Notes: generated by a model from the sequence alone, not told the origin. Shown: positions 1 to 11,799, counted from the whole stretch's first letter. The stretch: DNA of 57,080 nucleotides, filler included, from Sphacelaria rigidula (GCA_964200075.2; 5 parts of 5 records of this genome joined end to end with filler, not necessarily neighbours in it); one strand, 5' to 3'. Program-made: numbers and translations.

Positions 1-22
1 CCCAGCCCCCCATGCCCCCCTC

Positions 23-90
23 CGAAAGGGGTGCGTGGTCAATGGTCAAACGACTAAGGCAAGCAACAAATGAGTACGCCCCCCCCCCCC
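23..90 (+). mobile_element. Very short 5'-truncated LINE 3' end (family A) with oligo(C)
   Basis: cgaaaggggtgcgtggtcaatggtcaaacgactaaggcaagcaacaaatgagtacg followed by a C-run; the same sequence recurs at 1879, 13450 (-), 44485 and 52322. Confidence 0.8.
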
Positions 91-104
91 ATCCCCCCAT
101 CAGG

Positions 105-380
105 CAGTGTAGCGAGCTGTGTCTGGAAGAGGCAATAACTGAAAATGAAGCAACTCATTGAAGGCTACCATTCATATGCAAGATAATCAATACGCTCCGG
201 GCCGAACGATCTTAGCAGGATGCAGATCATCTCTCATGCAACCATCGAACACATCGCACTTGGTGATTGCGAGCCTGGTCCCGCGAAATCCCAGTGTGCT
301 CCGTTCCGGCGTTGTAGAGATGCGAGGTCAATGATTATATGACTATGGCCTGCATGATGATGAGTACACCCCCCTCCCCC
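105..380 (+). mobile_element. Family B interspersed repeat (SINE-like, LINE-related 3' end)
   Basis: Aligns with 5612-5950 (-), 12465-12750 (-), 24155-24265, 36165-36365 and 56945-57022; ends atgagtac followed by a C-run. Confidence 0.7.
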
Positions 381-469
381 GCCAAACCCCGAGTGGCAAC
401 AACAAGATCGTGTATTGTGACGGCAATCAAAGCTGCAATGTGCAATGCACGTACCTGTTATGTGTGCAG

Positions 470-1558
470 GAGTACTTCAACGGCGTCAGCAAGCCATGGG
501 TAGACAAGATTCGCGACAACGATGTCGTTAACAGCAAGTACAACAACGCTATCGAAGCAGAACACGGCACCTGGGAAAGAAGCTTTCGCAGCAACGGAAG
601 CGGTCAAAGCCGCCCGTTGTTGAAGAGAAATCAGCAGCTGAACTTGAGCGTAATGCACGGCGGCAGCAGCAACCGGGTCGCGAACAACAGAAGCAGCAGC
701 AGTAGGTCCGTGTCGTCCGCGCCGATGCCGCGAGACAAGCCCCGCTCATCAGCAAGCACGGGAATGATAGATAAGGCGGCCGGCCGCGGAAGACCCACCG
801 CGATGACGATGAGATGGCTGGGTGTGGCCACTAGCAACGTGTCGTCGAACACGGCCACGACGGCGACCGCGACCGCGAGGACGCCAGGAGCGATGTGGAG
901 CAGCGGCAGCGGCGACGAGGGTGGGGGGGGTATGGAGCACAGTCGCAGGAATTCCCCGAGAGACGGTCCAGGAGGGGGATTAGACATGGGCCACTCGTTC
1001 TCTGCGCTCAGCGCCACTTCTCCGAGCACATTCAACAATAAAAGCAATCCTCCCACGGGGATACCGCCGCCGCTGTCTCCGCTCAAGCGCGATGAATCTA
1101 CAAGGTCGCGCAGCCGGAGCCGTTCGCGCAGCGGTAGCGTTCATACCAGTGTCTACGGCAGCAACGGCGGCGGCGCTGGCGGCGGCGGCGCCAGTAGCGG
1201 TAGCGCTGCTCGGCAACAACAATTGCACAACGAAACAAAACACGCACCGATGGACAACAGTTCCCTCCCCGTACCGTCTCCGGTCATGGATCGACGGCGG
1301 CGGGGCAGTATCCGGAGCAACAGCGGGGCTCCATTTTGGTCGAAGGAGCCGGCGGATGAGGTGGCGCAACACGGGTCGCGTGCACGACGACGACCGGGTG
1401 ATGGTGATGATGATACCGAGGATGAACGGGAGTCGTCTTCGGCGGCGGCGGCGGCGGCGGCGGCGGCGGATGCGCCAAGAAAGAGGTCCTCGCGCCGATC
1501 GGCGTCATTACGGTCACCGGCACCTTCCGTCCGGGAGGAGTCGGCCATGTTTTGGGAG
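470..1558 (+). CDS. Gene A internal exon 1 (unknown protein, low-complexity S/G/R-rich insert; possibly CLU-central/TPR-like)
   Basis: Acceptor tgtgcag|GAG at 469/470 and donor GAG|gtgagc at 1558/1559; 363 open codons (EYFNGVSKPW...SAMFWE); phase 0 joins the next exon. The 5' part of the gene is off the contig. Confidence 0.8.
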
Positions 1559-1878
1559 GTGAGCACTGTTTAGGTGGTGAATAATGTTTCTGTTTGTTCT
1601 TTGTGTTCTGTGAGTGTGCGCGGGTGTCTTTTTCTTTCGTGCGCTGTGGGGTCGGCCGGCAGCACTACCGGGAAAAGAATGAAAAGGCGGGTGAGAGAGA
1701 AAAATGGGGTAAGTACGTGGCCCGACGATGCTTTGAGAAGTACGCTGCCGTCTTCTGTGCCCGATCGACCTTGATGCTTCTGGCCGTGTGTTGTCACTTC
1801 GAGGGAGTGTTCACGATTTCAGTCACTACAATTCCCCTCTTGAGGGGCCTATGCTCCCCCCCCTCCCCCCCTCCCCGG

Positions 1879-1944
1879 TGCTCCGTCTCGAAAGGGATGC
1901 GTGGTCAATGGTCAAACGACTAAGGCAAGCAACAAATGAGTACG
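1879..1944 (+). mobile_element. 66-bp LINE 3' end retrocopy (family A) with 14-bp TSD
   Basis: Flanked by ccccccctccccgg at 1865-1878 and 1946-1959. Confidence 0.8.
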
Positions 1945-1959
1945 CCCCCCCCTCCCCGG

Positions 1960-2436
1960 CTTGAAGATATACGGGGGGTTGAGAGCGGGGATAGGGATGA
2001 AAACATATCTGCATGGCCCCATGGATGCGGCGAAAATAATGAAACTGCGATTTCGGGTGGGGGACCCGGACCTGCCAGAAAAAAGAAAGAGATATACCAG
2101 TTGCCGTGTGGAGGAGGAAGTAGATCGACAGACTTGCCCCTGTGGCAAAGCAGTAGAGAGCAGGAGTCATATAGTGGCAGTATGTGAACTATACAAGGAG
2201 ATGGGACGTGCTAGAGGGAGAATTACGGGACGTGAACGAAGGTGGCATGGAATCGATTGATTTATTAGACAGTAGGGAGAAAACGATGGCTATACTAGGA
2301 GATAGATGGCCACAGACGGCGAAACAGGACGGGGATAAGATATGTAGGCGGTTGTTGTGCAATGCATGGAAGAAACGTAATGAGCGCCGGAATGTTGTAG
2401 GTGTCTCTATCAGAAGCAGGAACGGTGCTCCATCGT
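1960..2436 (+). mobile_element. LINE ORF2 C-terminal fragment (decayed)
   Basis: LKIYGGL...KLRFRVGDPDLPE...CPCGKAVESRSHIVAVC (CCHC knuckle) then, after a frameshift, ...WKKRNE...RSRNGAPS; homologous to 13450-13990 (-). Confidence 0.85.
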
Positions 2437-2624
2437 GAAGAGTTGACTGTAACCACTCTCCATTATTATCTGTGCATGACCCCCCCCCTCCTCGCATGGG
2501 ATAAGGGGCACATAGGGGTACGTATGGATGAGAGTAATAAAATGAAGCAGGGTCCAAAAATCAAGTCACTTTCTCGTTACCAGTCTTCCCCTCCCGACCG
2601 CACACCAAAACTCACAAAATATAG

Positions 2625-2839
2625 GTGGAATCTCGATTGTGGCTTCTGCTGGGACCCTTCGGATCTGTCGGTGGAATGAGTCTGGAGGAGCCGGCAGCGG
2701 AGGGCGAAGCATACTCAACCCTGCACATCTGCCGCGGCATGTCCGGGGTACACCTGCTTCCCGCCCTCATGCGAAACCTTGGCGTATTGCTCTCGCCCGT
2801 GTCGCTGAGGAGGATGCAGGAGGACGGTTGCCTGGGAAG
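2625..2839 (+). CDS. Gene A exon 2
   Basis: atag|GTG acceptor, AG|gtattg donor; VESRLWLLLGPFG...LLPALMRNLGVLLSP; phase 0 in, phase 2 out. Confidence 0.75.
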
Positions 2840-3466
2840 GTATTGCGAGCGGGGAGGGGGGGAGGGGTGATTTTTTGTCTCCCAATCTCAAAGATGGATA
2901 TTGGCAGTGAACCTTCCTATTTCTCGCCCAAGAGGTGGATACCGTATGTGATGCGGTATCACACACGCACCCTGCACTGACACGCTTGGATAATGACGTT
3001 CTGTCTATTTTTTGCATTTCAGGAATACGTGGAGTACGGTACGGGGGTATGCGGTATGACAGATACCACCCCTTCAATATCTTCCCCGCGGGTTATACAA
3101 ATATAAATACATGGATTTTCGGAATCCCGAAGTCTCATCACCCGCAGGCAGGTATATGTTTTTGCCCTGTGTCCGCCTTGGAGTACTATGTATTGCACAT
3201 TTTCTAAAATTAGAAAAAGAGGTGTCGTCAGCAATGTAGCACAGACAGTAACTCCCATCTATATATATCGACTGTATAGATATCGCACAGCATACATGGA
3301 AGTCTATCCTGCCGTTTTTTTTCTCTTCACTTTTTGGAGAGCTGTAAGATGGATAACATTGTGGACGACATACCGTCGCTTCTTGATGTATGATCTCACA
3401 TCGTCTCCCCATTGCCTTCCCCGCCCCCGTCCCCCGTACCCTCATTACTGTTGGTCGTTCACACAG

Positions 3467-3793
3467 CTTAACCGCATCCGATATTGATTCCCGAACCGGA
3501 GCACCCGCTGCCCTCGGCAGCGCCAGGTTCAAGGGCCTGGGGGAGGAGGCCAATGCTGTGAAAAGGAGGCTACGGGAGAAGTGCCGCCGCCGGTGGGTGG
3601 CGGACGTGAAGATGGAGTCGCGCAGCGGCAGCGCTACGAGCATTGATAATAGCGCAACCGGCGGCGGGCCGGGAAGGATAGGGTGGACGGGCGTCTCGGC
3701 AAAGGAACGGGCGCACTATGCGACCATCACGCAGAGTATTTTGGGGCAGTTCGTGGATTGCGGGGGTCGCGACGATGTGGCGTTTGCGCGCAG
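3467..3793 (+). CDS. Gene A exon 3
   Basis: acacag|C acceptor, AG|gtgagg donor; phase 2 in and out; (S)LTASDIDSRTG...DDVAFAR. Confidence 0.75.
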
Positions 3794-4120
3794 GTGAGGA
3801 CAACATATTCGTGTGTGTGTTTCGTTTTTTGTGTACGGAATGAGTGTTCCGGGTTCGTATTTCGTCCACGGCATGTGCGTAGTACCTGTATATGGTGTTG
3901 TTTGCTAGGTTTGTCCCATGTGCTCAGCCCCCAATTTTCGCTGTCGGAATTTGTTTGTGGATCGCTATATAAGACGTTCTTGTTTAGGACGTGCGCGCGC
4001 CCGGGGGGGCGGGGGAGGAGGGGCGGAGTTTACTGACAGGCCGCCAAGGTTGGTATATCTCAAGGAGTGGCTGCGCTTATGGCGTCCTTGGTAGGATATA
4101 TATATATATATATATATATA

Positions 4121-4643
4121 CTTCCTCTGTCCCATAAGTAAAGCTACCTAAATTTGTACGGGCCCTTCACGATGTCCGATCGTTTTTTCTCTTTTTTCAT
4201 TGAACTCTACGGTGTTTTTTTTGGGTGAAGAAAATGTGTTCAAAAATTTGCAGCTCGTGCTTAAACCATGCCGCCGAACGAAAAAAATAGTCGGCCCAAA
4301 AATGGCCGTTTTTTGCCCCTTTCCGAGGGGAAAAAGTGTTTTTTTTTTTTTTCAATTGCGTGGGACTTTCTGGCAGCTTGCAAGCACTAGTGAAGGCGGG
4401 GGCGATTAAAAATATTGAAAAAAACGACATTTTTCTTCCCCTCGAAAAGGGGCAAAAACGGCCATTTTTGGGCCGACTATTTTTTGTGCAGCCGTTTGGC
4501 GGCATGGTTCAAGCACGAGCTGTAAATTTTAAACACATTTTTTTACCCCAAAAAACACCGTAGAGTTCATTAAAAAAAAAACGATCGGGCATCGTTAAGG
4601 GCCCGCACATGTTTAGGTACCCTTACTTATGGGACAGAGAAAG
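4121..4643. mobile_element. Stowaway-like (Tc1/mariner) MITE, long foldback
   Basis: TA|cttcctctgtcccataagta ... tacttatgggacagagaaag|TA; the inverted arms extend about 230 bp; inserted next to a (TA)n tract. Confidence 0.85.
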
Positions 4644-4689
4644 TATATGTAAATATGTCGAACTTTGAACCTCTCCACTTCCTCGGGAT

Positions 4690-4916
4690 GACTCTGTGGT
4701 CTCAAGAGATCAACCCATCTCTCCCCGGTACATGACTTGCATTTTAATATCGCGGACTGGGTCAGCACTGCCGCACCGCGTCAACTCTCGTCAAACAAAT
4801 TCAATCAACTACTGTTTGTTTACTCGCGCACTCACGCTTGCCACCGTGAAAATTAGACGCTGAAAGAAGAAATTGCGCGCATCGGGAATTGAACCCCTGT
4901 TTTCTCCACCCTAACG
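4690..4916 (-). mobile_element. tRNA-derived SINE copy (same family as 23392-23671), 5' end eroded
   Basis: Reverse complement aligns with 23440-23660 (ggttcaattccc B-box, gagtaaacaa.cagtagttgattga, tgacgcggtgcgg). Confidence 0.75.
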
Positions 4917-5611
4917 GTATATATATATATATATATATGTGTGTATGATGCCATTTGTTACTACACGCGATATTCCTCTGACTCACCTTGAGTGCTGACA
5001 ACCTCGGCGCACCAGCTGAAAGCTCTTTTCTGCTGGCGAGCCCCCCCGTCACTCATCCCCGATGGCAACCGATGGCAATGCGCCGTGTGGTTCATGGTTC
5101 CCAAAAACTCTGGGCCTATATGATGCTGCTCACCAAAGACATTTGCTTCCGACGCGTTTTCTGATCGGCCTGGCGCCCACGTAGTTAAGGATTGAAATGA
5201 CGGAGCGAGAGCACGATCAAGAAGCAGTACTGTATGGAATGAGTCTGGCGTTTTTTGTTTCTTTCCCTTTCTTTCTCTTTCCCCCTTCCCGTTTTCTCCT
5301 CTCTCCTCTTCTTTCTTCCCCTTCTATTCTCTTCTATTCTCTTCTATTATCTTTCATCCAGTTTTCCCGACTGTCTCAACCCTTTAAAAGTTGAAATCTT
5401 TACTTCAGTCGGTCCCAAGTAAGTCGTGGATTGCCACACACACGGAGTAAAAGGATAGAATGATTGTTCCCGTATTTTCCACCATAGGTATGCGTTTATG
5501 TGTCTTGTCACCACAGCTAGAATCGTGGCGAATGACTTGTCGCGCAACTATAAAATAAAAATAAACAAATAGATAAACCAAACTATTAATTTTTGATTCG
5601 GCGACGAGGGT

Positions 5612-5950
5612 TGGAGGGAGAGGGGAGTGTACTCATAATCGTGCATGCCATAGTCGGAAGACCATTGACCTCGCATCCCTACGAAGCCGGGATGGAGCAC
5701 GCCGGGTTTTTGCCAGACCAGGCTCGCACTCAATCACCAAGCACGAAGCACCGTGGTGTGTTCGGCGAGTCGCATGAGGGGTGGTGATTTGCACCCCGCT
5801 AAGCTTGTTCGGCCCGCAGCATACTTGTTCACTCGTTGGTGGCTTGTTATATGAATATGTGAGTGAAAACGTTTCTATCAAGCGGCCTTGTCTCCATGAC
5901 ACGAAGAGTATTCAAACAAAATTTGCTGCTCGAAATGCCACTTCAAAGTA
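5612..5950 (-). mobile_element. Family B repeat copy
   Basis: gtactcat...accattgacctcgcatcc...ggagcacgccgggttttt...gtgtgttcggcgagtcgcatgagggg, the reverse complement of 105-380. Confidence 0.7.
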
Positions 5951-6073
5951 CCCTTCAAGTGATCCCCCCCCCGCCCTCCCCCCTCTCTCTCGCTCCTCCT
6001 CCCCACCTTCCATTGAAACGTCAACGGTGTTGTCGTGCAATTAACCACACAACGCAACCTCGCAACACGGCAG

Positions 6074-6496
6074 AGAGATCGCTGAGTCGCGACTGGCCCT
6101 AGCCGTGACGCATTGGTATGAAGGCAACAGCAAAGCCGCCAAGGACGGAGTAGAGGCGGCGATGCAGGTGCTGCTGGAAGGCAAAGTGACATCGCCATCG
6201 CCATCGTCATGTCGGTCGTCGTGGCCGCCATCGTCGCTGTCCGTCGCTGCTTCTGCTCAGGCTGATGCCGACGATAGCTTTGAGGCGGGCCTCGGTCTGG
6301 ATGAGGTTGGGGGCGGGGTAGCAGCGGCGACGGCCCGGGGGGCGGAGGAGGGTGAATCGGTTGTTGGTGGTGTGCCCGTACCGCTTGTGCTTTGCGTGGT
6401 CGGCGCGTTGATGTTCCTTATCACCGCGGGTGACAAGCAACATGAGTCTGACGATGATGGTGATGGTGTCGGTGATGCCGAAAACGGCAACACCAG
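6074..6496 (+). CDS. Gene A exon 4
   Basis: ggcag|A acceptor, AG|gtgcgt donor; phase 2 in and out; (R)EIAESRLALAVTHWYEGNSKAAKDGVEAAMQVLL, a TPR-like helix pair. Confidence 0.75.
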
Positions 6497-6718
6497 GTGC
6501 GTGTGTTATACTCAAGGGGCATACTGCTCTTTCATATTCCATTGAGTCATTCTCCCATGTCTATTGAAGTCGAGTGTGTAAAAATCCGACGGTTGTCATC
6601 GTCCACCGTGTCACACTCCACTGAGTTTTTTCTGGCATTTGTGTTATCGTACGCCGCACGAGGGGCCCCATGTCGGGAAATGGTTGCACCACCGCCCCCC
6701 AGGCCGCAAAAACCAGTA

Positions 6719-7631
6719 CAACGCCCATACATGGGGATAAAATTTTGTAGTGAAATGAGGAATTGAACGGATCAGAGGCCCTCCAATGAGGAATCGGCGG
6801 AATCTAGCGCCAATAAAATGCTACCTTCGTGGTGAATTATGTAGTCAAAAATGCTTGTAATTGGCTCGTAGGCTCAAGTCACACCGCTAGTGTACGCCGA
6901 GATGGATAGAACAACAGCAGAGAAACGGAGCTGCAAGCAGACAGGCAGACAGCGAGTGGTACATTGCCGCTGCAGTGGGTCATTGCGACGCTCGTGTATC
7001 AGTATGCCCTCATCTTCGTACTCGTATGGCTAGTTGTGTCTTTTCGTGGCCGCGAGCGCTGGCACCGATGCCAACGGCAGCAGCCGTCACGCTGACGGGT
7101 GAAAGCAGTACCCTGACCCTGGCGGTGCAGTATATCCGCACTGTGCTGTGCGTTGCTCCTTTCATTGGAGCATAGGGTCTGGCCCAGCCGGTCGAGCGGT
7201 CTATACTGGTGCTGGTTGTGTGCCTTTACCCAGCCATGTTCGTTATCGCGCGAGTGATATGGGTCCGGGTAACATGAAGTTTTCAACAGACAGTCAAGTG
7301 TGTAGACAGCATTGCGTCCCGACTGATACTTTAGATTACAGACAGACGAACACAACAATACAGCACATGAGCAATCTCGGCGGAGACCAAACCGTCTTCG
7401 CAAGGTCTAAACACACCACAGAACAGTGATATCTACAGCACATAAGAGCGGACGTGAGTGTGTTTGTGCTGCAGTACATTGAAACAAGACATGTCCCATG
7501 TTTTAGTTCTTCGGCTGATTTCAAACGGGTCCTCAGTGTTTGCACGGTGCCGATCTTGAACGCTCCGACATGACCGCGCTTCGCGCAAATAATTTAATTT
7601 ACTACAAAATTATCCCCATGTATGGGCGTTG
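6719..7631. mobile_element. Non-autonomous TIR element (Tc1/mariner-type MITE)
   Basis: TIR caacgcccatacatggggataa(aa)ttttgtagt at 6719 and its reverse complement ending at 7631; flanks TA/TG; appears nested in an older small inverted-repeat element (about 6657-7707). Confidence 0.75.
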
Positions 7632-8631
7632 TGCCCAAAAACCTCATTCTGAGGTTGGAGGAGGGGGGATGGGGGGTACCCGATTTCGTGTGGGGGGGTA
7701 CCCCGTGATCGCTGGATGATGGCGACAGTAGTTGCTGCACTGCACCGCACGTGTACAGATATTTATCTCTTAATTACATTCCATAACGGCCGCTACCTCG
7801 ATATTGGATACTCCTTTCGCCACACCACGTCCACAGCATTCCCCTTTGCAACGTCTCCCTGTATTGTGTCGCACTGCGGTATGAATCGCGATGTGTAGAT
7901 ACACGCGTTGTATGAACACGGCTGTCTGCCCAAACGCGGCCGAAGTACGTGATCATCTGCAATTCACAGTGTGCACGTCTGTATAATCAGAACATTTTCG
8001 TGTCGGCTAGTAACACTGCACAGTCAAGTTACTGCATGTACACTTCAGTCATTCAGTAGCAGTGCAGAACTGTTCGTCGCACACCGCCCCCCTCAGCATG
8101 GCGGCCGTATCACTGCGATAGTGCCACGTTGGTAACAACCGATCCTGCAAAAGCCAGCGGGAGTCAATATTCATTATCCAGTGATCACCGCGACTCAGAA
8201 GTCATTTTCAAGCCGACAAATTTGCTCCCCCATGACCACAAGAACAACTGACACACCTAAACTCCTCGGTTTTGGGGTGGTCACGTTGAGGCGAACTCGG
8301 AGATATCTAAATGATCGTTCAATTCCGTATACTAGTGGAGAAATAGGAAGAAAAAGGTTTCTCCCAATTGAATTTTGGTCTTTTCCTCATTCTCGACCAC
8401 GGGGGGGGGGGGGGGGGGGGGGGTTAACCCACTATTTGGGTTCCCGAACGGCGCGGGGGGGGGGGCCGGGTCGGCTCCCGGGCGTCCACNNNNNNNNNNC
8501 TGGACGTAGCGGGCTGGGGGCGGGGGTAGCGTGGGTCGTGGGGGCGCTTGTTTTTTGTCTGCTGGGCGGGCCGGGGGGGGGGGGGGAGGAGGTGGCGGTG
8601 GTGCAGCCATTTACCGATATGCGGCCCCTTG

Positions 8632-8830
8632 CGCCGCACCCTGGTTGCCTAACCTGTGAACAGTACCCGCATCTGGAAACTGGTAAGGGCGCAAGGTTGC
8701 GGGCTCGAATCCCGATAGATATTGTACCTTTTTCTGTTCTGAGAAATTTATGTGTTTTTCCCCTTGAAAATGTGGGGTAGTAAGTAGCAAAGAAAATTTG
8801 GGCAGAGTCGACGCGGGACGGGAGACAAAT
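8632..8830 (+). mobile_element. Decayed tRNA-derived SINE-like sequence
   Basis: Degenerate A-box-like tggttgcctaac and B-box-like gggctcgaatccc; downstream gtcgacg.ggga resembles the body of the SINE at 39628-39990. Confidence 0.35.
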
Positions 8831-8839
8831 ATGGTTGGC

Positions 8840-8956
8840 CTGGGAAGCATTCGCTGACGGTCGGGGAACCTGCGCGCCCTCTTGTCAGAAACATTGAAAC
8901 CTCTGGACTGTCAGGGCGTGATACTATTCCGAAATGGTGCTGGAGGCTACACGGGT
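8840..8956 (-). repeat. Interspersed repeat shared with 28940-29072 (possible piggyBac-type end)
   Basis: Reverse complement acccgtg.agcctccagc...ttcggaa...ctgacagtccag...caatgttt...ccccga...gaatgct matches 28943-29072, which begins TTAA|CCC. Confidence 0.5.
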
Positions 8957-9299
8957 ATTTTTTTTATTGTTTTTCAAGACACGCTTGATTCGGAAGAATA
9001 TTTTGGGGTGTACAAAGTCATGATATCAGCTGCGGGGTATAAAGGTGTTGTTTATCCTTGACATATCAGGTTGTCCAGAACCCAGACGCTGAAGCTTTAC
9101 AGTGGCTCGCAATAGAACATTTAGTGTGCAAGACGGGCGTCAACATATTGTCGGGAATGTTTTTCTATTTAACCCCTCATACACAGTAAAGTGTAACAAT
9201 CCATCAACTCATACGTATCTGTATTTATTCGTTCATATTGGTATCGACTTTTAGTTTGTTCTGTTCGTGTATCTGTGTGTGCGTGTTCGCGACCAACAG

Positions 9300-9432
9300 A
9301 GACAACGCCTCCGACCGCGACAGACACAGACAAACGCCCAAACGCAGGCATAGTGGTTGGGCGGCGAGGAAGCCGGTTGCTAAGGACAGCGAGACGGAGA
9401 AGGGCTTGGTTTGGCTGTGGCGAATTTTACAG
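9300..9432 (+). CDS. Gene A exon 5 (ends at a GC donor)
   Basis: aacag|A acceptor after a pyrimidine/GT-rich tract; phase 2 in; (R)DNASDRDR...EKGLVWLWRILQ; donor CAG|gcaagg gives phase 0, matching exon 6. Confidence 0.6.
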
Positions 9433-11128
9433 GCAAGGCAGAAGTCACATGATGAAATAGAGTAGAAGTACTGCATGTTGTAGGGTATTCACCCCTCCTC
9501 GGGTGGAATATTTTGTGGGCTGAAAAACCATCTTCACCCGGAGGTCATAGTAGCGATAGATGACAAAATATTGGTACAGTGGTACCTCTGCTACCCCTTT
9601 ATCAGTACATCGCAATTGATTGATCGATTGATCGATTATCTCACATTAGCTGACTGCAACAATCCAGCCTGTGGTCAGGAGCAGCAAAAATAAAACCGAA
9701 TAATGAAAAATAAACAAATAAAGAAAGCAACAGAAAACGACAGAAGCAACGGCCTCAAAAAGGAAAGAAAGGGGGCAGCGATAACAACAAAAAACACGCA
9801 ATATGTTGGTATTGTACCCATTTCTCAACTCTACCGATGGGTAATAATAGTATCGCAAACGTGGTCGGGTGCCGTCATTCGTAGTGGTATGTGTGGAAAG
9901 GGTGCCTACAAATCGGTGCATTCTAGGAGCAGTACAGACACACACGGCAGTACAATGCAACACAGTACAGTCTCGACACGCCTCCTCGTGAAGTACAGAA
10001 TATTGTACAATACGTGAGGTTGCAGCCCCCTGCATCTTGAAAGAGTATGTTGTGCTCGTGTCCGTCATTATCCAGGAGAAGGATTTATGGGTTCCTGAGC
10101 ATATACCCGAAGTTTTTACGGAAGCGGCACTTTGTTTCAAAACTTCATGCTTACCTCCCTCTGCAGTTTTTCACACGAAAACTCCGTTCAAAATTTCGTG
10201 TTTCTCTTATTTCTTCCCTTCCCCCCATCCTTCCACCCCCTCTCTCACCCATAACCCTTGAACCGTTTTCGAAATGAAAAAAACAGTCGTATTTCCCAGG
10301 ACCATCATCCACCGCGCAGGTGCCGTCATCCGGAATGAAGGACTCGTCGATGTGGGGATCTCATCCTCTGATCCCGGCCATAGCATGTCTATTGAGCGGG
10401 AAAACTCTCCGCGAGGCAACATCCGCGTCCGCGGAAGATCCCTCCGGGATGAGTAAAGGACGAGGCGATGTCGGCGTGGCTCAGTGGCTGTCGAGATTGA
10501 TGGATATCACCAAGGTCCCGGGGCATCATGTGGGTCTTGTTATTTCGTGCCGTGTATCATTTTTTTGTTTTGTTTTAGTTCATTCGATTCGATTCGATTC
10601 GATTCGCGTGATTTAATTGAATTCAATTTAATTAAATTTCATGTAGTTTTTCATTTGTTTTGTGTGTTTCGAGCTTTGACTGTGCTTGCCCCCTTTTTTT
10701 GGCTCGCCACCATCGCGCTGCTCTCGTGATGTCCTGTTCCCCCTCCCCTTTATCTTGCTCCGTTTCAAAAACAATCAATTCGAGCACGAAACGAAGCCGT
10801 GGTGGGTCGTTCTGATCTGATTGTTCGCCCGATCGGACGGGATCCGTCCAACCGCCAATTCAGCTCGACTGGAGTCGATCCAGTCCGGTCCGATCCGGTC
10901 CGATCCGATCCGCATCATCACCCTTGCTTCTTCCTGGCCCAATTTGTCTGGGCGGATTCACCTGTTGTTCCCGGATCTGTACTGCTCAACTCGGCCCCTC
11001 TAGATTTGGTCCGGTCGTCCAGTCCGTCTCGTGTGTATGCGTGTTTTTGTTTTTTTCCTCGTGCTTCTGTGTTTCACTCTGATTTCTGTTTTTGTTTGTG
11101 TGTGTGTTTTCCTCGTTTGTTGACGTAG

Positions 11129-11236
11129 CTTGCTGCACTGGTGGGAAGAAGATCGCTCGGTCCGGCTGATGTGGCCGCTCGAATGGTGTACATGCTCCTC
11201 AAGGGCGAAAGGGGTTTTGTGGACAAGGCTTTCAAG
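11129..11236 (+). CDS. Gene A exon 6
   Basis: T-rich tract then gtag|CTT; 36 codons LAALVGRRSLGPADVAARMVYMLLKGERGFVDKAFK; AAG|gtaggg donor; the gene continues past the contig end. Confidence 0.65.
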
Positions 11237-11340
11237 GTAGGGAAATATGTCTTGAAATGACAACTAGAAATAACAGTGTTTTCGTGAGATTGAGAGTAGA
11301 TGATACGATTGAGAGTGGCTTTGATCATTCGCTTTAAGTG

Positions 11341-11440
11341 NNNNNNNNNNNNNNNNNNNNNNNNNNNNNNNNNNNNNNNNNNNNTTAATTAATTAANNNN
11401 NNNNNNNNNNNNNNNNNNNNNNNNNNNNNNNNNNNNNNNN
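11341..11440. other. Artificial contig spacer (N44-TTAATTAATTAA-N44); same spacer at 22779-22878, 34214-34313, 45648-45747
   Basis: Identical 100-nt six-frame-stop linker; the segments it separates have descending lengths 11340/11338/11335/11334/11333. Confidence 0.97.
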
Positions 11441-11799
11441 CCCGTGGTCACAGAGTGCAAGGAGCATACCACCAATATACCCATAACCCAAACAGCCCGC
11501 AGAAGAAGTCAGGGCGTACTCGAGACAAACGCAAAACCGTGGTAATGTCTAACGATGATGTTGTTTATAGTGGCAATAACAACGTTACTATCACTGTGAC
11601 CCTCACCTCTCTCATCCAAAACGCCTGAAAACAGTACTGCCCGGCTTGAAAGTCGTCATGTCTATCCCTGTCTGGGAGATTGCTGTACTTTTTTGTGGGT
11701 GAACGTAACCCTCCACCCCCGTCTGTCAGTCAACCTCACAACCCAGCGTCACCGTCCCGTAACACCGGACCGGTTTCGTTCCTACCCATGACACGTGTC

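Noticed and set aside
8395-8600. Gly/Pro-rich ORFs around G/C homopolymers (also 22676-22738, 22900-22960, 29900-30100, 45750-45840)
   Set aside because: Low-quality homopolymer sequence next to assembly gaps, not credible coding.
10580-10915. (ATTCG)n and (CCGAT)n pentamer tracts; (TA)n at 4096, 4918, 16602, 45988, 55825
   Set aside because: Ordinary microsatellites with no higher-order structure seen.
11341-11440. TTAATTAATTAA palindrome within N-runs, recurring about every 11.4 kb
   Set aside because: Synthetic contig linker; the periodicity reflects length-sorted contigs, so neighbouring genes are not a real cluster.
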